From the NCBI GenBank assembly GCA_963555755.3, contig OY820905.2:1760001-1824000 (forward strand): 64,000 bases of DNA. The letters run 5' to 3'. The position numbers and the translations under genes are program-made. The DNA comes from Nitrospirales bacterium. GTDB taxonomy: Bacteria; Nitrospirota; Nitrospiria; Nitrospirales; UBA8639. Below the pieces are notes generated by a model that was given only the letters and a program-made list of their open reading frames with translations, searched no databases and had not been told where the DNA came from. This document shows, piece after piece, positions 23,813 through 34,299 of the stretch (position 1 is the stretch's first letter; every line of letters begins with the position of its first letter).

Positions 23813-26800
23813 CTATTCCGTGGACTTCATCAATTCGACATCGAGACCTAAACTCTGGAGTTCCTTCACCAACACATTGAAAGACTCCGGCAATCCAGGT
23901 TCCAAGAAATTTTCCCCTTTGACAATCGCTTCATACATGCGCGACCGTCCAGGCACGTCATCGGACTTGACGGTGAGAAATTCCTGCAACGTCGAAGCGG
24001 CTCCATAGGCTTGCAAGGCCCACACTTCCATTTCCCCTAAGCGCTGTCCACCAAACTGGGCTTTCCCACCCAACGGTTGCTGCGTCACAAGAGAGTACGG
24101 ACCAATGGACCGAGCATGAATTTTATCATCAACCAAGTGATGCAACTTCATCATGTACACATATCCAACTGTCACAGGACTTTTGAACGGTTCACCCGTA
24201 CGACCATCAAGCACGACGGATTGCCCAGATTGAGATAAGCCGGCTTTTGTCAAGAGGTCCTTGACTTCCAGCTCAGTAGCTCCTTCAAAGACCGGGCTAG
24301 CCACATGAATGCCCAAGGCTTTGGCCGCCCACCCCAGATGGGTTTCCAAAATTTGTCCCACATTCATCCGCGAAGGTACCCCAAGCGGATTCAAGACAAT
24401 TTCCAACGGCGTGCCGTCCGGCAAATAGGGCATGTCTTCTTCAGGAAGAATGCGCGAGACCACCCCTTTATTGCCATGCCGACCGGCCATTTTATCTCCG
24501 ACGGAAATCTTGCGCTTAATCGCCAAATACACCTTGACCAACTTGATGACGCCAGGCGGCAATTCATCGCCACGCCGAAGTCGCCCAACCTTTTCATCAT
24601 AATAGGTTTGGAGGATTTCGATTTGATCTTTGGCGGCATGCTCAATATCCTCGAGTTTTTTCTGTTCCTCGGAATCACTAAGAAGGACTCGCCGAACATT
24701 ATCGTCGGATAATTTCCGCAAGACCTCTGCGGTGATCTTCCCCTTCCTCTTTAAAATGACCTCGCCACTGTCATGGTCCATAAGATCACGGCCCACGACT
24801 TGGCCGAGCAGAAGCTTACGCAGTCGCTTGGCCCGCTCTTCCTCAATAATACGAAGCTCCTCTTGATAGTTGCGTTCAATCTTGACTCGATCTTGCGATT
24901 CAATGTCTTTGGACCGCTCATCCTTATCAAGGCCTTTCCGAGAAAAGATTTTGACATCGACAACGATTCCCTCGATTCCAGGAGGAACTTGAAGCGAGGT
25001 ATCTTTTACATCCCCGGCTTTCTCGCCAAAAATCGCTCGCAACAATTTCTCTTCCGGAGTCAGCTGCGTCTCGCCTTTCGGCGTCACCTTGCCAACCAGG
25101 ATATCTCCAGGCTTCACCTCAGCCCCAATACGCACGATGCCACTTTCATCAAGATTCCGCAGAGCCTCTTCACCCAGATTGGGAATATCTCGGGTGATCT
25201 CTTCTTTCCCTAGCTTGGTATCGCGCGCCTCAACTTCAAACTCTTCAATATGAATCGACGTGAAGATATCGTCTCGCACCAGTTTCTCGCTGAGCAGAAT
25301 CGCGTCCTCAAAATTGTACCCACCCCACGGCATAAATCCGACAAGGATATTTTTACCAAGAGCCAATTCTCCTCGATCAATGGAGGGGCCATCTGCCAAC
25401 ACTTGCCCTTTTTTGACCGGCTGACCAACCTGGACCACCGGCGTTTGGGTCACACAAGTGTTTTGGTTCGTACGTTGAAACTTGACCAGGTCATAGGTAT
25501 CCAAAAATCGTTTACTCTTCCCCTTATCATTATCTTTTTTGCCCAGTTCCGTTCTCACCACGATTCGACGAGCATCGACGCTTTCGACAATTCCGTCACG
25601 GCGCGCTTGCTCAACATATCCGGAGTCTCTCGCAACCACAGCCTCCATCCCTGTCCCAACGAGCGGGGCTTCACTTTGAAGCAACGGAACGGCTTGTCGC
25701 TGCATATTTGAGCCCATCAAGGCGCGGTTCGCGTCATCATGCTCGAGAAAGGGAATCAACGCGGTAGCCACACTGACCACTTGCTTGGGCGACACGTCGA
25801 CGTAATCGATTTTATCAGGATCCGCCGTCACAAACTCGCCTGCCGACCGTGCCGTCACCGATTCCCCCACCAATTTTCCACTCGCATCCATTTTCGAGTT
25901 GGCCTGTGCGATAATAAACCGTTCTCCCTCGAGAGGGGAAAGAAATTCCACTTCATTGACAACTCGGCCTTTTCGTACTTTGCGAAACGGCGCCTCAATA
26001 AATCCGAATTCATTGATTCGGGCATACGTCGCCAATGAAGTGATCAAACCGATGTTCGGACCTTCCGGCGTTTCAATCGGACAAATCCGACTATAATGGG
26101 AAGGATGGACGTCACGAACCTCAAACCCCGCACGCTCTCGAGTCAGACCGCCCGGACCCAACGCCGACAACCGACGCTTGTGTGTGATTTCAGCTAAGGG
26201 ATTGGTTTGATCCATAAACTGAGATAATTGGCTCCCGGCAAAAAACTCCTTGATGGCTGCCACAATCGGCTTGGCATTAATTAAATCATGGGGTAACACG
26301 GTTTCCATGTCTAACAGATTCATCCGCTCCTTGATGCTCCGCTCCATCCGAGCCAACCCCAAGCGAATCTGATTTTCCAACAACTCACCAACTGATCGGA
26401 CGCGTCGATTTCCCAAATGATCGATGTCATCCACATCGCCTTTGCCCATTTTCAATTCGACTAAGCCGCGTACCACTTCAATAACATCCTGAGCCGTCAG
26501 GACACGCAGTTCAAGCGAATGGTCCAAGGAAAACCGACTATTCATTTTCAGACGTCCCACCGGAGAGAGGTCGTATCGCTTAGGATTCAAAAACAGGTTT
26601 TCAAAGAGGAGCTTCGCCGAATCGACGGACGGCATTTCCCCTGGCCGAAGGCGCTTGTAAATTTCAACCCAAGCCTCTTCTTTTGACGTGGTCCGCTCGG
26701 CCTCAAGAGTATCTAGAATCACAGGGGTGGTGGCCGTACTATCCAGGTAGATGATTTTGAAGCTCTCAACCCCACTCTCTAAAATTTTTTCGACAGTCGG

Positions 26801-27781
26801 CAGTGCAAACCGTTGATTCTTTTCCAGGATCACCTCACCACTTTTTGGAGCAACCAACTCCGTTAACACCGCACGGCCCACCAATTCATCCGGCTTGACG
26901 GGGATTTCCTTTATTCCCGCGGCACGAAGTTTGGACATGACCCCTTTGGTTAAGCGATTGCCTTCCCGAACCAACGGTTCCTTCGAACCTTTTTCGAACA
27001 CGTCGAGAGAGGTTCGGTGTCCCATATGCAACTCAAGATCAAGTTTACGCATGAACTGCCCATTGACGATGCGAATTTCTTCAACCGGATAATACATTTT
27101 CAGCAATTCATCCGTGGAAAGGCCGAAAGCCTTCAACAAGATCGTCGCCGGCATCTTTCGCCGCCGATCAATTCTGACATACAAAATATCGCGAGCATCG
27201 AATTCAAAATCCAACCACGAACCACGGTAAGGAATAATTCGAGCGGAAAACAGAATCTTCCCACTCGAATGCGTCCGACCTTTATCATGACTAAAGGATG
27301 CACCAGGCGAACGATGCAATTGGCTCACCACCACTCGCTCCGTCCCATTGATGATAAAAGTCCCGCGATCCGTCATCAGCGGGAGCTCCCCGACGTACAC
27401 CTCCTGCTCACGAACATCGAGAACTTTGCCTTTGACGCTTTTATCCTGGCTATCAAACACGACCAAACGAATACGAAGTTTTAAAGGTGCGGCAAAGGTC
27501 ATACCCTGCTCCAAACACTCGCGCACATCATACTTGGGTGTCCCCAACGAATAATTGGTAAACTCAAGAATAGCCGTATTGTTATAATCAGAAATGGGAA
27601 ACACGCTCATTAATGCCGCTTGCAAGCCCTTTTCAGCTCGGCGTTCAGCGTCAGCATCTTTTTGCAAAAAAGCTTCGTATGATCGTTTTTGCACTTCGAC
27701 CAGATCCGGGATTTCAATAGTCGAAGGAATTTTTGAAAAATCCATTCGCTTGATAAGTCCCGGCAATGTTGGTTGCGGCAT
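23813..27781 (-). CDS. rpoB: RNA polymerase beta subunit
   Basis: [38 protein letters not shown]; start at ATG 27781 after AAGGAG. Confidence 0.99.
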   Translation of the reverse strand: MPQPTLPGLIKRMDFSKIPSTIEIPDLVEVQKRSYEAFLQKDADAERRAEKGLQAALMSVFPISDYNNTAILEFTNYSLGTPKYDVRECLEQGMTFAAPLKLRIRLVVFDSQDKSVKGKVLDVREQEVYVGELPLMTDRGTFIINGTERVVVSQLHRSPGASFSHDKGRTHSSGKILFSARIIPYRGSWLDFEFDARDILYVRIDRRRKMPATILLKAFGLSTDELLKMYYPVEEIRIVNGQFMRKLDLELHMGHRTSLDVFEKGSKEPLVREGNRLTKGVMSKLRAAGIKEIPVKPDELVGRAVLTELVAPKSGEVILEKNQRFALPTVEKILESGVESFKIIYLDSTATTPVILDTLEAERTTSKEEAWVEIYKRLRPGEMPSVDSAKLLFENLFLNPKRYDLSPVGRLKMNSRFSLDHSLELRVLTAQDVIEVVRGLVELKMGKGDVDDIDHLGNRRVRSVGELLENQIRLGLARMERSIKERMNLLDMETVLPHDLINAKPIVAAIKEFFAGSQLSQFMDQTNPLAEITHKRRLSALGPGGLTRERAGFEVRDVHPSHYSRICPIETPEGPNIGLITSLATYARINEFGFIEAPFRKVRKGRVVNEVEFLSPLEGERFIIAQANSKMDASGKLVGESVTARSAGEFVTADPDKIDYVDVSPKQVVSVATALIPFLEHDDANRALMGSNMQRQAVPLLQSEAPLVGTGMEAVVARDSGYVEQARRDGIVESVDARRIVVRTELGKKDNDKGKSKRFLDTYDLVKFQRTNQNTCVTQTPVVQVGQPVKKGQVLADGPSIDRGELALGKNILVGFMPWGGYNFEDAILLSEKLVRDDIFTSIHIEEFEVEARDTKLGKEEITRDIPNLGEEALRNLDESGIVRIGAEVKPGDILVGKVTPKGETQLTPEEKLLRAIFGEKAGDVKDTSLQVPPGIEGIVVDVKIFSRKGLDKDERSKDIESQDRVKIERNYQEELRIIEEERAKRLRKLLLGQVVGRDLMDHDSGEVILKRKGKITAEVLRKLSDDNVRRVLLSDSEEQKKLEDIEHAAKDQIEILQTYYDEKVGRLRRGDELPPGVIKLVKVYLAIKRKISVGDKMAGRHGNKGVVSRILPEEDMPYLPDGTPLEIVLNPLGVPSRMNVGQILETHLGWAAKALGIHVASPVFEGATELEVKDLLTKAGLSQSGQSVVLDGRTGEPFKSPVTVGYVYMMKLHHLVDDKIHARSIGPYSLVTQQPLGGKAQFGGQRLGEMEVWALQAYGAASTLQEFLTVKSDDVPGRSRMYEAIVKGENFLEPGLPESFNVLVKELQSLGLDVELMKSTE

Positions 27782-27866
27782 AGTCGGCTCCTTCGACATC
27801 ATCAATACAGGTTAGACAGCCCGTCCTTGGCAATGAGGAACAATCCTCGTCCCTCATCTTCCTTAT

Positions 27867-28259
27867 TTATTTGACTTCTACCGTCGCACCCACATCAGTC
27901 AGTTTCTTCTTTATGACTTCGGACTCATCCTTGTCCACATCCTCTTTGACGGCCTTTGGCACACCCTCCACTAAATCTTTGGCTTCCTTCAAGCCCAACC
28001 CCGTAATCTCTCGCACCACTTTAATCGCTTGGATTTTCTTGTCAGCTGCAAAACCAGTCAAAATCACGTCGAAAGAATCCTGCTCTTCAACGACTGGCGC
28101 AGCGGCCCCTGGTGCTGCTGCTACCGCCACCGGTGCTGCCGCAGTCACTCCAAACTTATCCTCGAAACCTTTGACTAACTCCGAAAGCTCCAATACCGTC
28201 ATGCCTGCCACGGCACTGAGAATGTCCTCTTTTGAAAATTTTGTTTCTGTCGCTGCCAT
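27867..28259 (-). CDS. rplL: 50S ribosomal protein L7/L12 from an internal start (130 aa)
   Basis: [48 protein letters not shown] 8 nt before ATG 28259. Confidence 0.9.
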   Translation of the reverse strand: MAATETKFSKEDILSAVAGMTVLELSELVKGFEDKFGVTAAAPVAVAAAPGAAAPVVEEQDSFDVILTGFAADKKIQAIKVVREITGLGLKEAKDLVEGVPKAVKEDVDKDESEVIKKKLTDVGATVEVK

Positions 28260-28793
28260 TGAACCGTCTCCTTTCTTTTTTTCCTGTATTGCCGCCAGCA
28301 CAGCCACGAACCCACGAAGAATGCCTTGCATCACGCCAACCATCCCTCGCAGAGGGCCTTGCATGGCGGAAAGCAACATGGACAGCAAGACCTCCTTGGA
28401 CGGTAAATCCGCTGCGGCAATGAGCTGTGCCGGATCGAGAGTGTTTCCTTCTAATACGCCGCCTCGCCATACAATTTTCTCACCACACTTTTCTGCCTTA
28501 ATGAAGTCACGTAAAATTTTGGTGGGCAGAACGGGATCATCATAGCCAATCACCACGGCAACCTGCCCCTTGAACAACGTCTTCACCGACAACAGTGATG
28601 TCCCTTCAACCGCGCGCATCGCGAGCGAATTTTTCACCACTTTGAGTTCAGCGTTGACCCCACGAAGTTGGTGTCGCAACTGCGTCAATTGATTAACCGG
28701 CATTCCGCCACATTCCGTCACGACAGCCAATGTGGCTTTAGAGAATTTTTCGTGCAGATCAGCGATGGCCGTCACTTTATGTTCCTTGTTCAT
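27867..28793 (-). CDS. rplJ: In-frame fusion of 50S protein L10 and L7/L12 (308 aa)
   Basis: First 178 aa are L10 ([17 protein letters not shown]); no stop before the L12 sequence. Confidence 0.93.
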   Translation of the reverse strand: MNKEHKVTAIADLHEKFSKATLAVVTECGGMPVNQLTQLRHQLRGVNAELKVVKNSLAMRAVEGTSLLSVKTLFKGQVAVVIGYDDPVLPTKILRDFIKAEKCGEKIVWRGGVLEGNTLDPAQLIAAADLPSKEVLLSMLLSAMQGPLRGMVGVMQGILRGFVAVLAAIQEKKKGDGSMAATETKFSKEDILSAVAGMTVLELSELVKGFEDKFGVTAAAPVAVAAAPGAAAPVVEEQDSFDVILTGFAADKKIQAIKVVREITGLGLKEAKDLVEGVPKAVKEDVDKDESEVIKKKLTDVGATVEVK

Positions 28794-28815
28794 TCAGCAC
28801 TCCTTCTCGACTCCC

Positions 28816-29517
28816 TCACTCGACATTCCGGGTAATCGTTGAACATTCAAGTGGGATACCAGGCCCCATGGTGCTACACATGGTCGCGCCCTTCACATAC
28901 TTCCCTTTACTGGAAGAAGGTTTGGCCTTCATAAGAGAACCAAAAACCGTCTGTGCATTTTCCGAGATTTTGGTGCCTGAGAAAGACGCCTTTCCGATTG
29001 GCACATGCACGATCCCGGCCTTATCCACCTTGTATTCCACGCGCCCTTTGCGAATTTCATCAATCGCCTTGGCCACCTCGAAAGTCACGGTGCCTGTCTT
29101 GGGGTTGGGCATCAACCCTCTTGGACCAAGCACTTTTCCCAATTTACCCACGGAAGCCATAAGATCAGGAGTGGCAATGGCTTTATCAAAATCCAGCCAA
29201 CCTCCTTTTATTTTTTCCAACAGATCATCAGAGCCAACATAATCTGCTCCAGCCTGGCGAGCCTCCTGCTCTTTTTCACCTTTGGCAAAGACCACAATCC
29301 TCACCTTCTTCCCTGTCCCGTGAGGAAGGAGGGTTGTTCCACGGACCATTTGATCGGCTCGTTTAGGATCGACACCTAACCGAACCACCAACTCAACCGT
29401 TTCATCAAATTTCGCCGTGGCAATTTGCTTGACCAGCTCACTAGCCTCCTCCAAGTTATACAACTTCGATTCAACCTTGGACACAGCATGTTGTAATTTC
29501 TTTCCCACTGCCTTCAC
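28816..29517 (-). CDS. rplA: 50S ribosomal protein L1
   Basis: [24 protein letters not shown]. Confidence 0.99.
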   Translation of the reverse strand: MKAVGKKLQHAVSKVESKLYNLEEASELVKQIATAKFDETVELVVRLGVDPKRADQMVRGTTLLPHGTGKKVRIVVFAKGEKEQEARQAGADYVGSDDLLEKIKGGWLDFDKAIATPDLMASVGKLGKVLGPRGLMPNPKTGTVTFEVAKAIDEIRKGRVEYKVDKAGIVHVPIGKASFSGTKISENAQTVFGSLMKAKPSSSKGKYVKGATMCSTMGPGIPLECSTITRNVE

Positions 29518-29536
29518 TCCTCTACAATCTCTAAAA

Positions 29537-29962
29537 TTAGTCCGTGACCGTTATCCCCATGCTCCGAGCGGTGCCTTCAATAATTTTCATGGCACCCTCA
29601 ATATTAATTGCATTCAAATCTGTCATTTTTTGTTTTGAAATTTCCGTCAATTGGACCCGAGAAATGTTCCCGACCTTATCTTTCTGCGGCACGCCAGACC
29701 CTTTAATGATCCCTGCGGCTTTCTTTAACAAATCCGTGGCCGGAGGAGTCTTGGTGATAAAGGTGAAACTCCGATCTTTATAGACCGAAATCACAACAGG
29801 AATGATACTGCCTTCTTGTTTCTGGGTCTTCGCATTAAATTGCTTGCAAAACTCCATAATATTGAGACCATGTTGCCCCAATGACGGACCGACAGGGGGC
29901 GCAGGGTTTGCCTTCCCTGCGGGAATTTGCAATTTAATTTGAGTGATGACCTCCTTCGCCAT
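29537..29962 (-). CDS. rplK: 50S ribosomal protein L11
   Basis: [19 protein letters not shown]. Confidence 0.99.
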   Translation of the reverse strand: MAKEVITQIKLQIPAGKANPAPPVGPSLGQHGLNIMEFCKQFNAKTQKQEGSIIPVVISVYKDRSFTFITKTPPATDLLKKAAGIIKGSGVPQKDKVGNISRVQLTEISKQKMTDLNAINIEGAMKIIEGTARSMGITVTD

Positions 29963-30058
29963 AGCGTGTTCTCTCTCCTACCAGAAGGTTAACAATGCTT
30001 CACAGCCTCGAAATGGCTTTCATGAATTCCGCTACACAATGTGAAATGTACCGATGGA

Positions 30059-30601
30059 TCATCCACGCTCAATTTGGGAAAAAGCTAATTCCACAGGAGT
30101 TGATCGACCAAAGATGCTCACCAAGGCCTTCACTCGACTATGATCCGAATCCACTTCATCCACCATCCCATTGAACCCCATAAACGGTCCATCAATAATT
30201 CGTACGTTATCGCCCTTAGAAAAGATGATCTGTTCACGAGGAGCTGTCGCCCCGGATTCGATTTGCTTGAGAAGAGATTCAGCCTCTTCATCAGTTAAGG
30301 GAATCGGTCGGGTCCCTCCCCCCACAAATCCCGTGACCTTCGGAGTGTCCTTGATCATCATCATTGTTTCATCTGTGACAGGAGCTTCCAATTCGATCAA
30401 GACATACCCCGGGAAAAACTTTCGCTTGGATGCCCTCCGCTTTCCATCCTTGATTTCTATCACGTCTTCAGTCGGAACTAATACCTGACCCAGCTCTTCC
30501 TGAAGGCCCATTTGAGTCGCACGCTCCCCTAGGGATGCCCTGACCCGCCCTTCATAACCCGCATAGGTGTGAATGACGTACCAACTTTTGCTTTTGGCCA
30601 T
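30059..30601 (-). CDS. nusG: Transcription factor NusG
   Basis: WYVIHTYAGYE, FFPGYVLI, TPKVTGFVG, SIFGRSTPVEL. Confidence 0.99.
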   Translation of the reverse strand: MAKSKSWYVIHTYAGYEGRVRASLGERATQMGLQEELGQVLVPTEDVIEIKDGKRRASKRKFFPGYVLIELEAPVTDETMMMIKDTPKVTGFVGGGTRPIPLTDEEAESLLKQIESGATAPREQIIFSKGDNVRIIDGPFMGFNGMVDEVDSDHSRVKALVSIFGRSTPVELAFSQIERG

Positions 30602-30624
30602 CAAAATACCTCAAATTCTTTTTT

Positions 30625-30816
30625 TTAAAGTATGCGGCTCACAAGCCACACTAAAATAGAATCGATCATGGAAAGGTATAAGGACATGATTACACAAAAG
30701 ACCACCACAACCGAGGTCGACCCAATGGTTTCTTCACGGGTTGGGAAGGACACCTTTTTCAATTCAGACTTCACTTCTGATAAAAATTCAGTAATTCTGC
30801 CCCACAATTTACCCAC
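30625..30816 (-). CDS. secE: Preprotein translocase SecE
   Basis: EVKSELKKVSFPTREE plus one TM helix, upstream of nusG. Confidence 0.96.
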   Translation of the reverse strand: MGKLWGRITEFLSEVKSELKKVSFPTREETIGSTSVVVVFCVIMSLYLSMIDSILVWLVSRIL

Positions 30817-30901
30817 GATGCATTCCTTCTCTTTTGTCCATGCCCCAAAACTTCAAATCTTTCCAATTCTTGGCCATGTACTGGAAACTCAAACTACAGT
30901 T

Positions 30902-30977
30902 TGGCAGGGGCACCAGGACTCGAACCCGGACCATCGGTTTTGGAGACCGACATGCTAGCCATTGACACCATGCCCCT
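30902..30977 (-). tRNA. tRNA-Trp(CCA)
   Basis: 76 nt cloverleaf, anticodon CCA, GGTTCGAG T-loop, encoded CCA end. Confidence 0.97.
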
Positions 30978-31061
30978 TCTCAAGACCCATGAGACGTAAG
31001 GGGTAAAACGGAAGGTGAATAAAAATCTATCGATTCTCGCTTCACCTTTTACTCTTGACCC

Positions 31062-31211
31062 TTATTTCACCTCTTTATGAGGGACATGCTTCCTGCAGAA
31101 CCGACAATACTTTTTCATCTCCAGACGATCCGGATCATTTTTTTTATTTTTCATCGTCGAATAATTTCGCCGCTTACAATCACCACAAGCTAAAGTAATA
31201 ATGACCCGCAT
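31062..31211 (-). CDS. rpmG: 50S ribosomal protein L33, Zn-binding (not in ORF track)
   Basis: Manual translation [49 protein letters not shown]. Confidence 0.97.
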   Translation of the reverse strand: MRVIITLACGDCKRRNYSTMKNKKNDPDRLEMKKYCRFCRKHVPHKEVK

Positions 31212-31250
31212 GGTCCCCTACCTTTCGAGAAATATCAAACAACTCCGAAT

Positions 31251-31403
31251 CGTAACGACTCAGGTCACTTCCCTTTTGCCTCATGACGGCGTTCCTGTGG
31301 TGCTCGAATCCTCATCCTTTACGAGGACCCCTCAGGACCACCAGGCAGTTCCGCGCTCCTCGCGCCTTGTCCTGAGCCAAAATTGAAGCAACCTGCGAGT
31401 TAC
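31251..31403. repeat. MITE-like element, family A copy 3
   Basis: Same core as 3394 and 8101; between tuf and rpmG. Confidence 0.85.
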
Positions 31404-31415
31404 TCCAAATCTGTA

Positions 31416-32621
31416 TTACCCTAAGATTTCCGTGACCACACCGGCGCCCACCGTGCGGCCACCTTCCCGCACCGCAAACCGCACACCCTTCTCCATCGCA
31501 ATCGGCGCAATCAATTCCCCCGTAAACGTCGTGTTATCGCCCGGCATCACCATCTCGACCCCTTCGGCCAAGTTCACAATGCCCGTCACGTCGGTCGTCC
31601 GAAAGTAAAACTGGGGACGATACCCATTGAAAAACGGCGTGTGCCGCCCACCTTCATCCTTGTTTAACACGTACACTTCGGCTTTGAACTTCGTATGCGG
31701 GGTAATACTCTTCGGCTTCGCCAGCACCATCCCCCGCTCCACTTCGTCCTTCTTCGTCCCCCGCAACAGGGCCCCAATGTTATCCCCGGCTTGCCCATCA
31801 TCCAACACTTTCCGAAACATCTCCACCCCTGTCACCGTCGTGGTCCGCGTATCGGCTAATCCGACAATTTCAATTTCATCCCCCACCTTGACCTTCCCAC
31901 GTTCGACCCGCCCGGTCACCACGGTGCCCCGACCGCTGATCGTAAATACATCTTCAATGGGCATCAGGAAGGGTTTGTCAATGGCCCGCTCTGGCATCGG
32001 AATATACGAATCAACGGCTTCCAAGAGCTTCAGAATCGAGGGCACGCCAATGTCGCTGGTGTCCCCTTCGAGCGCTTTGATCGCCGAGCCGGTTATAATG
32101 GGAATGTCATCCCCTGGGAATTGATACTTCGACAACAACTCGCGCACTTCGAGTTCGACTAACTCCAACAACTCAGGGTCTTCCACTTTGTCGGCTTTAT
32201 TCAAGAACACGACGATGTACGGCACCCCAACTTGCCGGGCCAGCAGAATATGCTCGCGCGTTTGCGGCATCGGCCCATCCGCGGCGGAAACCACCAAAAT
32301 CGCCCCATCCATTTGCGCAGCACCCGTAATCATATTCTTGACATAGTCGGCATGCCCGGGGCAGTCCACATGCGCGTAGTGCCGATTCTCGGTCTCATAT
32401 TCCACATGGGAGATCGCGATGGTTAAGATCTTCGTCGGATCCCGTCGGCCTTGGGATTCACTGGCTTTGGCCACTTGATCATAGGAGACATAAGTGGCCA
32501 ACCCCTTATCCCCCATCACCTTCGTCAAGGCCGAGGTGAGGGTCGTCTTCCCATGGTCCACATGCCCAATCGTCCCCACATTCAAATGCGGCTTCTTCCG
32601 ATCAAATTTCGCCTTCGCCAT
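31416..32621 (-). CDS. tuf: Elongation factor Tu, tRNA-operon copy
   Basis: Protein identical to 15041-16246. Confidence 0.99.
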   Translation of the reverse strand: MAKAKFDRKKPHLNVGTIGHVDHGKTTLTSALTKVMGDKGLATYVSYDQVAKASESQGRRDPTKILTIAISHVEYETENRHYAHVDCPGHADYVKNMITGAAQMDGAILVVSAADGPMPQTREHILLARQVGVPYIVVFLNKADKVEDPELLELVELEVRELLSKYQFPGDDIPIITGSAIKALEGDTSDIGVPSILKLLEAVDSYIPMPERAIDKPFLMPIEDVFTISGRGTVVTGRVERGKVKVGDEIEIVGLADTRTTTVTGVEMFRKVLDDGQAGDNIGALLRGTKKDEVERGMVLAKPKSITPHTKFKAEVYVLNKDEGGRHTPFFNGYRPQFYFRTTDVTGIVNLAEGVEMVMPGDNTTFTGELIAPIAMEKGVRFAVREGGRTVGAGVVTEILG

Positions 32622-32727
32622 CTGCCCCTCCTCAGGAATCCCACCCAGAACCGACACATCTTGGTCGCTGGCTGAGAGCTAAACGTGAAAATTTACATGT
32701 ATTTCAATTAGCTGGTTCGAATCAAAC

Positions 32728-32803
32728 TGGAGCCCACGACGCGGATCGAACGCGTGACCTCGTCCTTACCAAGGACGTGCTCTGCCAACTGAGCTACATG
32801 GGC
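32728..32803 (-). tRNA. tRNA-Thr(GGT)
   Basis: 76 nt cloverleaf, anticodon GGT, CCA end. Confidence 0.97.
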
Positions 32804-32899
32804 CTTGATTTCGTAAAACGGGAAACGAGCGGAATGCAGATTCTGTCGTCCCAATTCTTCACCCTTCACGTGTACCGTTTTACGCCTCACGCTTCTCAC

Positions 32900-32975
<76 letters not shown>

Positions 32976-33043
32976 TACGCCCTACATGCCTATTAAAATC
33001 CAACGAACGAATTCTCCCTGCCCTTCCCTCGGCAACAAAAAAA

Positions 33044-33128
33044 TGGTGGGCAGGCAAGGATTCGAACCTTGGAAGCCGACGGCAGCAGATTTACAGTCTG
33101 CCCCCTTTGTCCACTCGGGTACCTGCCC
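33044..33128 (-). tRNA. tRNA-Tyr(GTA)
   Basis: 85 nt with long variable arm, anticodon GTA, CCA end. Confidence 0.97.
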
Positions 33129-33315
33129 ATTTTACATCTACACTTTTTGGCAGTCTGCCCTTAAGTCATCAAAGATTAAGGGAAAGATTCAATCGAACGG
33201 GTTGGATGCAATAAGGCAAAACCCTTCTCCCCCCTGAATTTCTAACAGGTAAGAACTAGGGCGCCTTAAAAATTTTCACTTAAATCGCCTAAAGGTCGAT
33301 CACAACAAACGGCAT

Positions 33316-33344
33316 ATTATAAAGACAGAGTGGAAAATCGTCAA
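33316..33344 (-). promoter_or_regulatory. Putative sigma70 promoter of the tRNA-tuf operon
   Basis: TTGACG-17 nt-TATAAT on minus strand. Confidence 0.75.
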
Positions 33345-33566
33345 GATATTTGGATGGAATCAAAATTGATTATTTTTTGAGGCTCAGATCCAAACATTTT
33401 GGGGACAATTTTGCCGGGGCCATGAATCCCTAAACTCAACATGTAGGCAAGTGGTATCGGCCTTTGTATGACGGGAGAAAGGGCTGGACCTCAAGCCTTT
33501 TTGTTTGATATGAAGTTATAAGAGGTATCTTAGGGTTCCCGAAAGTAATGGCAAGGATAGAAATTA

Positions 33567-34055
33567 ATGATTTTTCGACAGAAAATACTGATGCTTTTCC
33601 TTCTGATCACAGTTGTGTTCACGGGATCGTTGTCGGTTTTTGCCACACCACCTGCCCCGCCACCGAAACTTAACCCGGGACTCGCGACCATTCAGACACC
33701 CGACGGATTTACGATATTTGCCGAATTGGCCATTACACCAGACCAACGAACGAAGGGATTGATGTATCGAACCCGTCTGGCACCCGACCGAGGAATGCTC
33801 TTTACCTTCACAGAACCAGGCTATTGGACCTTCTGGATGAAAAACACCAAGATGGCTCTGGATATCCTATGGCTCGATGAAAAGGGCACCATTGTGCATA
33901 TTCAACATGCCGCCCCAATTTGTACACGGCAAGATAATCTCTGCCCACGGTACCGGTCCATAATCCCCGCAGTGTCAGTTTTAGAACTGGGACCAGGACG
34001 AGCGGAAACACTCAACTTAACAAAAGGCAAGACACTCAAGATTGAGTTACCTTAG
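33567..34055 (+). CDS. DUF192 family exported protein
   Basis: Signal peptide, GLMYR...GMLF, FWMKNT..LDI, VLEL..G. Confidence 0.9.
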   Translation: MIFRQKILMLFLLITVVFTGSLSVFATPPAPPPKLNPGLATIQTPDGFTIFAELAITPDQRTKGLMYRTRLAPDRGMLFTFTEPGYWTFWMKNTKMALDILWLDEKGTIVHIQHAAPICTRQDNLCPRYRSIIPAVSVLELGPGRAETLNLTKGKTLKIELP

Positions 34056-34074
34056 GATCCTTGCAAAAGGCTTT

Positions 34075-34274
34075 AAATTCGAAACCCGAATATCGAAATC
34101 CGAAACAAATCCGAAATCCCAAACTCGAATGCCTCAAACGGATCACTGAACTCTTATACGGCAGGCAAAACCCTTCATTCAATCTTCAAGGTCATCCCAA
34201 CAGTTTATCTATGTTTGGTTTTTAGTTTAGTCATTTGAATTTGTTTCGGATTTCGAGATTCGAGTTTCGGATTT
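34075..34274. repeat. Long hairpin of short CGAAA/TTTCG units, family C copy 1
   Basis: AAATTCGAAACCCGAATATCGAAATCCGAAACAAAT inverted to ATTTGTTTCGGATTTCGAGATTCGAGTTTCGGATTT; between convergent genes; related to 61722. Confidence 0.75.
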
Positions 34275-34299
34275 GGTCCCAACTTTTCAGATAGGCATT

